10,958 nt of DNA, taken from positions 1 to 10,958 of the forward strand of contig JAFEBR010000504.1 of NCBI GenBank assembly GCA_018242565.1, written 5' to 3'. Each line of letters starts with the position of its first letter. Position 1 is the first letter of the stretch. Positions 1 to 6,793 of this stretch are shown piece after piece. The stretch comes from Planctomycetota bacterium. Its GTDB lineage: Bacteria > Planctomycetota > Planctomycetia > Planctomycetales > Planctomycetaceae. Under the pieces are notes generated by a model, which worked only from the letters and a program-made list of their open reading frames with translations, did no database searches and was not told the origin of the DNA. Position numbers and translations under genes: made by a program.

Positions 1-120
1 CGCATTGCTGCGGCGGCTAACTCCATTTTTATTTAAATGCGCTCCGGGGTTGAATCCTGTTAGAGCCAAAGGCCCTCCTCCTCCCAACTGTATCTGATTG
101 CGGGCGGCGGTGAAAAGTAG

Positions 121-549
121 CAGAACGTTCGCACCCTTCCGATGTCGTCCGAGTTCGCCAAAATTCTGTAAGCAATCCCCGCCGGCGATCGGCACGGCTA
201 TGTTTTCAAGTCCCGCAGTCCGGAAGAGCGCACCAAGCCGCTGATGGACTGGGTCTCCAAGCTCATTTGCCGGATGGGCCGGAAAGCCGGAGTGAAGTTC
301 AACGACGGGAAATACGCCAGTGCTCACAACTTCCGCAGATCGTTTGGCACGAGTTGCGCGACAATCGTTTGCCCGGTTATGCTGCAGCATCTGATGCGGC
401 ACGCAAGTCTGCAAACTACGATGGAGTACTACGTCGATCAAGACGTGGATAACCTCGCCCCCGATGTGTGGATAAGTTTTACTGACAAATCCACTAACAT
501 GGCCAGTGAATCGCCCAATGCCCGAAATCGTACACACGATCGCAACTAA
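121..549 (+). pseudogene. Tyrosine recombinase (phage-integrase family) C-terminal remnant, interrupted by an in-frame TAA at 169-171. Upstream part is lost (stops in all frames before nt 120).
   Basis: Frame 1 reads QNVRTLPMSSEFAKIL*AIPAGDRHGYVFKS...HNFRRSFGTSCA...LMRHASLQTTMEYYVD. The box II H-x-x-R motif and the C-terminal LxxH...Y catalytic-tyrosine motif of tyrosine integrases are recognisable. The N-terminal/box I region is absent. It lies next to the 3' end of a tRNA gene. Confidence 0.6.
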
Positions 550-573
550 CCGTTAAAGAACGACTTAAGAAAA

Positions 574-647
574 TATTCCCGAGTGGGCTCGAACCACCAA
601 CCTTCGGCTCCGGAGGCCGACGCTCTATCCAATTGAGCTACGGGAAC
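574..647 (-). tRNA. tRNA-Arg (anticodon CCG)
   Basis: The minus-strand sequence GTTCCCG-TA-GCTC-AATTGGATA-GAGC-G-TCGGC-CTCCGGA-GCCGA-AGGTT-GGTGG-TTCGAGC-CCACT-CGGGAAT-A folds as a cloverleaf by hand. The acceptor stem is 7 bp (G1-U72 wobble). U8 is present, the D-loop has GG, the anticodon loop is C-U-CCG-G-A, the T-loop is TTCGAGC, and the variable loop is 5 nt. No CCA is encoded. Confidence 0.8.
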
Positions 648-879
648 GCGTATTTCGTCTCCTCACTTTATGACCGGCGGGCGGGTCTGTCAATCGCTTG
701 AAAATCGCCGAAAAACACGGGAAATCAAGTCCAAAACGCCGGGAGGTCCAAATCCGCATCGACAAAAACGCGAAAACCGTCTTTAATGCGGCGCCTGGGA
801 GCGACAGGATGCCTCCCCGGGCGACTCGACTTTTTGGCTTGGCGGTCTCCGACCGCTCCGGTGCAGGGAAAGGATTCCC

Positions 880-2802
880 GTGAGTGGTTTTGTCGTCGCG
901 TTGGCCCGTGGGGCCGCGCATCTGGATGCGGGCGAATTCGATCAGGCGGAAAAGGTCTACGAACAAATCGTCCGGGCCGATCCGCAGCACGCGCCGGCCT
1001 GGCACCAACTGGGCCTCGTGGCGCTCCAGCAACACGATCTCGAACGTGCCGTCGAATGCCTCGAACGGGCCGTGTCGCTCGACAATTCCGACCCCACGTA
1101 CCAGATTGACCTGGGCCGGGTCCACTCCCGCCTCGACCAGACTGACGAAGCGATCGAGTGCTTTCAACAAGCCATTTTTCTGGCTCCCGACGACCCGCGC
1201 CCCCACGAACTGCTGGGCAACGTCCTGCACCACCGAGGCGATTTCATCGGCGCTGAACTCCAGTTCGAGCAGGTCGTGCGACTCGATCCCCAGGCGGTTT
1301 CGGCCTGGTCAAATCTGGGCACACTCCACACTCAACTGGGCCGGCATCTGGAAGCCATCTCGTGCTTTCGCGAAGCCCTCAAACACCAACCCGACCGCAG
1401 GGACGACTGGCTGCATCTCACCGCGTTGTTGTTCGACCAGTTTCGAGCGATGGACAGCGGTGCGCTCCGGCGGACACTTGGCGAAATCGATCCGTTTGCA
1501 CTCAATGCGCCGGCCAACCTGGCCTTGATCCAGGCCATTCACACCGCGCTCCATCAGGCCAAAGCTCGTGCCAGCGCGGGGAAACCGCATGCCGTGTTGC
1601 CCCCGCCACACTTTCCGTTCGGTTCAATGCTCGAGGGACATCCCCCAGCCGTTGCGGACAGCGTGCTGACCACTCCCCCCTTATCGGGGCCCATCCGCAT
1701 CGGCTTTCTGTCGCGATGCTTAAGCGACCATGCCATCGGCGAATTGACCCGAGGTCTGTTACGGCAGATCTCACGCAACGAATTTTTCATCACCGCGTTT
1801 GTCGTGGGCGACGCCGAGCCACAGTCGACACTGGCATTACGGGACGCGGTCGATGCCCTGGTTGAATTGCCCACCGATCTGCCGACGGCCCGTGCTGCGA
1901 TCACAGCCACGCGTCCCGAGGTGCTGGTCTTTACTGACCTGGGACTCGATCTGCAGACCACGACGCTGGCCCATTCGCGTTTGGCGCCCGTGCAATGCGC
2001 CCTGTGGGGACGCCCCCTGGGAACCCGCCTGTCGACCATTGACTACATCCTTTCGAGCCAACTGTTCGCCGTGGCGGGGATCTCGTCGCGCGAAACCCGC
2101 AAGCTCACACTGCTCGAATCACTCGGGGTTTACTACGAACGCCCCGCGATCGACCGCGCCGAATCGCGTGATGATGTCCGCCGGGAATTCGGGCTCCCCC
2201 GCCGCAAGCACCTCTATCTGTGCCCGCAACCGGTCTTCCTGCTCGAACCGGAATTTGACATTGTGCTGCGAGCCCTGCTCGAGCGCGACGTCTCGGCCCG
2301 CGTGGTCTTAATCGAGTCGGCGTGCGCGGCGTGGAATGAAAAACTCTCGGTCCGATTGCGAGAGCATCTGGGCCCTCTGGCTGATCGTGTGATCTTCACT
2401 CCGCCGGTCGACCGAGATCAACTGCTGCGACTGATGCGAGTGGTCGACGTGATGCTCGATCCGCCCCATTTCGGGGGTGGCCTGACCAGCTTTCAGGCGT
2501 TGGGACAGGGCTTGCCGATCGTCACCCTGCCGGCCCCCTTGCCCTACGATCAGGTCACCGCCGGGTGTTATCGCAAGATGCGACTGGAAGTCTGTGTCGT
2601 CCGGACCCTGCAGGAATATGTCGATGTCGCGGTGCGGCTGGGGACCGAACCCGGTTTCAATGCCAGCATGCGGACAGAAATCACGAACCGGAACTCGGCA
2701 GTTATCGCCGACGCGGCGGCGGTACAAGACCTGGAGCAGTTCTTTCGGCGGGTGGCGCGCCCGGCCACACCGGCTCCGTTGTCGCAACCCTCTGCCGCTT
2801 AG
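880..2802 (+). CDS. TPR-repeat protein fused to a GT41-family glycosyltransferase domain (bacterial O-GlcNAc transferase / SPINDLY-like)
   Basis: GTG start at 880, 5 nt after AGGGAAAGGA (RBS). The N-terminal ~190 aa are TPR-like repeats (AWHQLGLV..., ELLGNVL..., AWSNLGTL...). The C-terminal half carries GT41 N-lobe-like motifs: RIGFLSRCLSDHAIGEL, then PEVLVFTDLGLD, then LAPVQCALWGRPLGTRLSTIDYILSS. A C-lobe with LPIVTLP follows. This resembles Xanthomonas/human OGT catalytic regions from memory. Confidence 0.85.
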   Translation: MSGFVVALARGAAHLDAGEFDQAEKVYEQIVRADPQHAPAWHQLGLVALQQHDLERAVECLERAVSLDNSDPTYQIDLGRVHSRLDQTDEAIECFQQAIFLAPDDPRPHELLGNVLHHRGDFIGAELQFEQVVRLDPQAVSAWSNLGTLHTQLGRHLEAISCFREALKHQPDRRDDWLHLTALLFDQFRAMDSGALRRTLGEIDPFALNAPANLALIQAIHTALHQAKARASAGKPHAVLPPPHFPFGSMLEGHPPAVADSVLTTPPLSGPIRIGFLSRCLSDHAIGELTRGLLRQISRNEFFITAFVVGDAEPQSTLALRDAVDALVELPTDLPTARAAITATRPEVLVFTDLGLDLQTTTLAHSRLAPVQCALWGRPLGTRLSTIDYILSSQLFAVAGISSRETRKLTLLESLGVYYERPAIDRAESRDDVRREFGLPRRKHLYLCPQPVFLLEPEFDIVLRALLERDVSARVVLIESACAAWNEKLSVRLREHLGPLADRVIFTPPVDRDQLLRLMRVVDVMLDPPHFGGGLTSFQALGQGLPIVTLPAPLPYDQVTAGCYRKMRLEVCVVRTLQEYVDVAVRLGTEPGFNASMRTEITNRNSAVIADAAAVQDLEQFFRRVARPATPAPLSQPSAA

Positions 2803-3175
2803 CACGGGTAAGGATTGCCAGGCCTCAGCGCGAGCTCATCCGCGTATGGCAAAGCAGTGTACTCTGGGATGCGCCACTGGGCTTTCGAATCTCGCCCGCT
2901 TCGGGGCTGTTCGGCAACGGCCCCCCAGCGCACCTCTGATTTTCTGTTTCGCGCAGCGAATGGGAGAATTGGATAGGGCGTTGGATCGACGGAGCGATCC
3001 ACGACTTTGGGGCCGGGACTCGGTCACCTAGCAACTTTCGGGAACAGGAAGAACCAGCGATAGAGACGGTGACTTAGCTACTATTCAGAGGCACACACAT
3101 CCGCACACCCCCCTGCCGATCACACAGCAAACCATTACAGCACAAGCACTTATGAACAATCCGAATTTTTGATCC

Positions 3176-3203
3176 TTGCCACCCGGATTTCCGTTTGTAA
3201 AAT
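3176..3203 (+). promoter_or_regulatory. Candidate sigma70-like promoter (TTGCCA -16 nt- TAAAAT) in an AT-rich segment, oriented toward the hairpin cluster and the flotillin gene
   Basis: TTGCCA at 3176-3181 and TAAAAT at 3198-3203 with a 16-nt spacer. Local GC drops to about 45-50% (3040-3220) against about 64% elsewhere. This is a motif match only. Confidence 0.25.
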
Positions 3204-3223
3204 ATCACTCTTGTGTAGCCGAG

Positions 3224-3318
3224 TCGGGCGATGAAGATCGCCCGAACGGGGGACCCAATGGGAAGGCTCGTAGCGAGTCTTCCCCGGGGCGCAGGATCGA
3301 ACGATCGATCCGGGGTAC
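3224..3318 (+). other. Cluster of three consecutive strong hairpins: a structured 5' leader or a small RNA candidate
   Basis: Hairpin A: 3224-3232 TCGGGCGAT / 3237-3245 ATCGCCCGA, 9 bp, loop GAAG. Hairpin B: 3260-3270 GGGAAGGCTCG / 3274-3284 CGAGTCTTCCC, 11 bp with one G-U, loop TAG. Hairpin C: 3294-3300 GGATCGA / 3305-3311 TCGATCC, 7 bp, loop ACGA, flanked by CCCC(3282-3285)/GGGG(3312-3315) and the CCCCGGGG palindrome. All pairings were verified base by base. Confidence 0.45.
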
Positions 3319-3668
3319 TTTCAAGCCCTAGCCCGACAGCTAACCTCGTAGGCAGGTCGCGGCATGGTGCCGTGGCTCAAGTTGAAAGGGCACTTTCGTC
3401 TCTGTCTTCGCGCCCTGTGCGCCTTGCCGCGACGATGAGCCCTGCTGGTTCATAGGTTCGGCAGAGGTTTTTCACACGTCGTCGCGGCGCCAGACAGCCC
3501 GCGTTCCCGTTCGTCCGTACGCATCAGGACGAGCTTCCCCACCAGGTGCCGTGACGCTAACCGTCCGCGCCTGTGGTTGCTCTCGGCGTATTCACGACAG
3601 GAACCGGCTGGTCCTGACACCGTCGCTGACGTGGGCGCAACCCGTTCGCCGAGCCGGAGGGAATTTCC

Positions 3669-5957
3669 ATGTTCTCCACGCTCGTTTCCGGTTCCACGGT
3701 TCTCTCACTCGCGTTCATCGGACTCCCAACAGTCAGTGGCTGGCTATTCACGTTGCTGTTGATCTGCGGGGTCGCGGCCTTTGCCCTGTGGCTGTCGGTG
3801 CGATACATCCCGCACAACTCGGTGGGGGTTGTCGAAAAACTGTGGTCTACAGCGGGTTCGGTGCCCGAAGGACAAATCCTGGCGCTGAATGGCGAAGCGG
3901 GTTATCAGGTCGAACTGCTGCGCGGTGGCCTGCACTTCGGCCTGTGGCGCTGGCAATATCGGTTGCATCGCGCGCCGCTGGTCACAATTCGTCAGGGACG
4001 CATCGGCTACGTCTACGCCCGCGACGGCGAGTCGCTGCCCCCCAGCCAGACGCTGGGCCGGGTCATCGAATGCAACAACTTTCAGGATGCCCGGACATTC
4101 CTGGGTGTCCGTTCGACTCCGCAAGTCAATGGCACGCGCGGCCAACGTGGTCGCCAGCGCGCGATCTTGCGTGAAGGCGTGTACGCCATCAACCCGGCGT
4201 TGTTCGTCGTCATGGCGGAAGACGTCGTCTATTCACTGCGCCATCTGCAGGGTGCCCAGGAAGCCAAAGCGATCACCGAATGGCAGCGGGCACTGGTCGA
4301 CATCGGCGGCTTCACGCCGGTCGTCGTGGGCGGCGGTATCGAAACCCAGGACCCCCTGAATCCGGAACGGACCATGGTCGTGGACAGCATCGGTATCGTG
4401 ACCATCCATGACGGTGCGTCGCTCGAACCGGGTGAGATCATCGCTCCGCCGGTCGGCAGCGAAGCGACCGATCCGAACTATCACAACAACTTCCAGGATC
4501 CCGACGCCTTCCTGCGCGCCGGCGGTCGCCGCGGTCGGCAGTATCCCACGCTCACCGACGGTACCTATTTCATCAACCGCTGGTTTGCCTCGGTGCAGAT
4601 GTTGCCGAAAACGGTGGTCCCGATCGGTTACGTGGGCGTCGTCGTCAGCTATTACGGAAAGGCCGGACGCGATCTGTCGGGAGCTGCGTTTCGACACGGC
4701 GAACGAGTCGCGGCGGGCGAACGGGGTGTCTGGGAAAAACCGCTTGGTCCGGGTAAGTACGCCTTCAACACGTATGCGGGCAACATCGTGCTCGTACCGA
4801 CGACCAACTTTGTGTTGCACTGGGTCACCGGCAAAAACGAGTCGCACCGTTACGATGAATCGCTGCGGTCGATCGACCTGGTCACGAAAGATGCGTACGA
4901 ACCCAGGCTGCCGTTGTCGGTGGTCGTGCATATCGACTACCAGTGCGCTCCGAACGTTATTCAACGATTCGGCGACGTCAAGAAACTGATTACGCAGACG
5001 CTCGACCCGATGCTGAGTGCCTACTTCCGTGACATCGCCCACAAAAAGACGATGCTCGAACTGCTGCACGAACGCGATGTCATCCAGGCCGAGGCCCGCG
5101 ATGAACTGCGTCGCAAGTTCCACGACTTCGACATCGAATGCGTTGACGTGTTGATCGGGAAACCCGATACCGCCGAGGCGGGGGGCAAAATTGAAACATT
5201 GCTCGAACAGTTGCGACAACGGCAATTGTCGATCGAACAGCTCGAAACCTATGAACGACAGCGCGATGCCGTCGATAAGTTGAAGTTGCTGAACGAAGCC
5301 CAGGCGCAGGCGACGATGCAGACGCAGCTCACCAACGCCCGGGTGCAGGTGGAAATCGCCGACAGCCAGGCCGCGGCCGAACTGGCCCGCACGCGCAAGC
5401 AGGCGGAACAGACGATTGTGCTCGCCGAAGCCGACCTGGCCCGTTCGCGCCGTCAGGCCGAACAGGCGGTCGTGGTCGCCGAGGCCGAATTGGCCTGCGC
5501 CCGCAAGCATGCCGAACAGACGATTGTCGCCGCGGAAGCGGAAAGTCAGCAGAAAGTGCTGTCTGGACAGGGGGAATCGCAAAAAGTGATGCAGATCGGT
5601 CTGGCCGAAGCGTCGGTACTGCTGAAGAAGATTTCGTCGTTTGGCGACCCGCGGCTGTATGCCCTGTCCCAGGTCACACAGCAGCTCTCGCAAAGCACGC
5701 AACCGCTGGTCCCCGAGCGCGTGTTCGTGGCCGGCGGCGACAGCCAGAGTGGCTCGTCGGCGACCAGCCAGGGAATGCTCGGACTGTTAATCAGCCTGAT
5801 GGTCGCCGAGAAATCGGGGTTCCAGATCGGCGAGTCGTCTGAGCAGACGGAACTGAAAGAGCTGTCCGACCGCATGAGCCGCATGGCCATGGACAATCTG
5901 CAGTCGTCACGCCCCACCACGGGTACATCGGCTGTCGTCGCCAATGGTCAGCATTAA
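3669..5957 (+). CDS. Flotillin-like SPFH/band-7 domain membrane protein (762 aa) with an N-terminal double TM segment and a C-terminal EA-rich coiled coil
   Basis: ATG at 3669, 8 nt after GGAGG (3656-3660). The N-terminus is hydrophobic (LSLAFIGLPTVSGWLFTLLLICGVAAFALWL). The SPFH start motif is VGVVEKLW...GLHF. The core SPFH motif is LVTKDAYEPRLPLSVVVHIDYQ...LHERDVIQAEARDELRRKFHDFDIECVDVLIG. It is followed by an AEAE/QAEQ-rich coiled coil typical of flotillins. Confidence 0.9.
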   Translation: MFSTLVSGSTVLSLAFIGLPTVSGWLFTLLLICGVAAFALWLSVRYIPHNSVGVVEKLWSTAGSVPEGQILALNGEAGYQVELLRGGLHFGLWRWQYRLHRAPLVTIRQGRIGYVYARDGESLPPSQTLGRVIECNNFQDARTFLGVRSTPQVNGTRGQRGRQRAILREGVYAINPALFVVMAEDVVYSLRHLQGAQEAKAITEWQRALVDIGGFTPVVVGGGIETQDPLNPERTMVVDSIGIVTIHDGASLEPGEIIAPPVGSEATDPNYHNNFQDPDAFLRAGGRRGRQYPTLTDGTYFINRWFASVQMLPKTVVPIGYVGVVVSYYGKAGRDLSGAAFRHGERVAAGERGVWEKPLGPGKYAFNTYAGNIVLVPTTNFVLHWVTGKNESHRYDESLRSIDLVTKDAYEPRLPLSVVVHIDYQCAPNVIQRFGDVKKLITQTLDPMLSAYFRDIAHKKTMLELLHERDVIQAEARDELRRKFHDFDIECVDVLIGKPDTAEAGGKIETLLEQLRQRQLSIEQLETYERQRDAVDKLKLLNEAQAQATMQTQLTNARVQVEIADSQAAAELARTRKQAEQTIVLAEADLARSRRQAEQAVVVAEAELACARKHAEQTIVAAEAESQQKVLSGQGESQKVMQIGLAEASVLLKKISSFGDPRLYALSQVTQQLSQSTQPLVPERVFVAGGDSQSGSSATSQGMLGLLISLMVAEKSGFQIGESSEQTELKELSDRMSRMAMDNLQSSRPTTGTSAVVANGQH
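5382..5543 (+). repeat. In-frame tandem repeat of 3 x 54 bp (18 aa) inside the flotillin coiled-coil region
   Basis: Units 5382-5435, 5436-5489 and 5490-5543 encode LARTRKQAEQTIVLAEAD / LARSRRQAEQAVVVAEAE / LACARKHAEQTIVAAEAE. Confidence 0.85.
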
Positions 5958-5970
5958 TGAGTCCTGACCG

Positions 5971-6003
5971 CCCTGCCCGAAAGCGCAACGCTTTCGGGCA
6001 GGG
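5971..6003 (+). terminator. Perfect 15-bp-stem hairpin (loop CAA) 13 nt after the flotillin stop codon; no U-tract
   Basis: CCCTGCCCGAAAGCG-CAA-CGCTTTCGGGCAGGG is an exact reverse complement. The downstream sequence is GC-rich (TGCGCCGGGTTCGCG), so this is not a canonical intrinsic terminator. Confidence 0.45.
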
Positions 6004-6054
6004 TGCGCCGGGTTCGCGTGCGATTCCACAACAACTGACTGCCCCCAGAACGAA

Positions 6055-6330
6055 ATGATTCCCATGGAGACTGCTCCCGCCACATCAACCGTGTCAACGA
6101 CCTGTCCCAAGTGCAGCGGAGCCATGGCAGCAGGGTACATTCCTGATTATTGCCATGGGGGAATACTGCCAGCGGCCTGGTATCCCGATGCTCCTCAACC
6201 CCACTGGTTCAGGGGCTTAAGAATCGCGTCGAACTTGAAACGGCCCATCCTTGCACATTGCTGCACAGAGTGTGGTTTTTTGGAATTGTACGCTCCCGTC
6301 CCAGCAAAATCGGTCGACGGGCAGTATTGA
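6055..6330 (+). CDS. Small Cys-rich (putative zinc-ribbon-like) protein, paralog 1 of a tandem pair; family not recognised
   Basis: 91-aa ORF with CPKC...CCTECGFLELYAP. It shares about 43% identity over 67 aligned residues with the downstream ORF (conserved CxxC, GxxD, WxPxxxQxHWxxGL, CxxCGFLELYAP). GC is lower (about 55-57%) than neighbouring genes. The start could be ATG 6055 or ATG 6064; the RBS is weak. Confidence 0.6.
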   Translation: MIPMETAPATSTVSTTCPKCSGAMAAGYIPDYCHGGILPAAWYPDAPQPHWFRGLRIASNLKRPILAHCCTECGFLELYAPVPAKSVDGQY

Positions 6331-6431
6331 GGTTGCAACTCACTGCTCACGTCGCCCGGGTGATACCTGCGGCACAGCGCATCAACTTTTGAAATTGACT
6401 CGCCGCCCCGTACGCGTGAATCAGGAATTCT

Positions 6432-6698
6432 ATGAAAGACCAGCCGTCAGCCGCGACAGTCCCCATGACCTGTTCAAAATGCCGTGGAGTTATGGAAGAG
6501 GGATTTCTTACGGACCATAGCCATCAAGTGATGTGCGCCGGGTCATGGCATCCGGGAAAAATCCAACGGCACTGGCTCTGGGGGTTGAAATTCCAAAGGA
6601 AGCAGCAGCGAGAGATTTGTGCGTATCGCTGCCAGAATTGCGGATTTCTGGAACTTTACGCCCCGGGAAATACTTCGACACCCAGTCACCCCTCCTGA
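6432..6698 (+). CDS. Small Cys-rich (putative zinc-ribbon-like) protein, paralog 2 of the tandem pair
   Basis: 88-aa ORF with CSKCRGVMEEGF...HWLWGLKF...CQNCGFLELYAP. AGGA (6423-6426) lies 5 nt before ATG 6432. Paralogy with the upstream ORF supports both being real genes. Confidence 0.65.
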   Translation: MKDQPSAATVPMTCSKCRGVMEEGFLTDHSHQVMCAGSWHPGKIQRHWLWGLKFQRKQQREICAYRCQNCGFLELYAPGNTSTPSHPS

Positions 6699-6722
6699 TC
6701 CATGGATCAGCTTTCCCGCACG

Positions 6723-6745
6723 GGTCAGACCGTATCCGCCTGACC
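6723..6745. terminator. Weak hairpin between convergent genes (GGTCAG-11 nt loop-CTGACC); possible bidirectional terminator
   Basis: 6-bp stem 6723-6728 / 6740-6745. It is embedded in a 10-bp inverted repeat GACCGTATCC (6728-6737) / GGATACGGTC (6779-6788). There is no U-tract. Confidence 0.2.
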
Positions 6746-6793
6746 TCACGATGTGCCTGCGGATTCCCGTCGCCGTGGGGATACGGTCCCGAG

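Noticed and set aside
884-1528. 214-aa ORF in an alternate + frame overlapping the GT41 gene, and 625-1233 minus ORF
   Set aside because: Off-frame and antisense overlaps of a well-supported CDS. The composition is Pro/Arg/Ser/Thr-rich and there are no motifs.
3285-3400. Possible tRNA-like sequence (GGATCGAAC..., GGTGCCGTGGCTCAAG) in the intergenic region
   Set aside because: Attempted cloverleaf folding on both strands failed. There is no 7-nt T-loop with a 5-bp stem and no acceptor pairing. The GGATCGA/TCGATCC element is a simple 7-bp hairpin with a 4-nt loop.
3231-3455. 74-aa ORF (MKIARTGDPMGRLVASLPRGAGSNDRSG...) in the long intergenic region
   Set aside because: Low-complexity translation with no RBS. 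It overlaps the three hairpins, which are more parsimoniously RNA or DNA structure than coding sequence.
2803-3668. RNase P RNA, tmRNA, SRP RNA
   Set aside because: Hallmark motifs were not found by eye on either strand: AGGAAAGUCCGG and ACAGAAACCCGGCUUA for RNase P, the GGGGCUG...UCCACCA ends for tmRNA, and the GGAAGCAGCCAAGG SRP domain IV. A covariance-model search is still advisable.
4233-5702. 489-aa ORF on the minus strand entirely inside the flotillin gene
   Set aside because: Antisense to a gene with strong family motifs. The translation is Arg/Gly/Asp-rich low-complexity sequence, typical of open antisense frames in about 65% GC coding DNA.
6728-6788. 10-bp inverted repeat GACCGTATCC / GGATACGGTC with a 41-nt spacer as a regulatory palindrome
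   Set aside because: A single short inverted repeat between convergent gene ends, with no T-tract and no repetition elsewhere in the window. It is reported only as a low-confidence hairpin feature.
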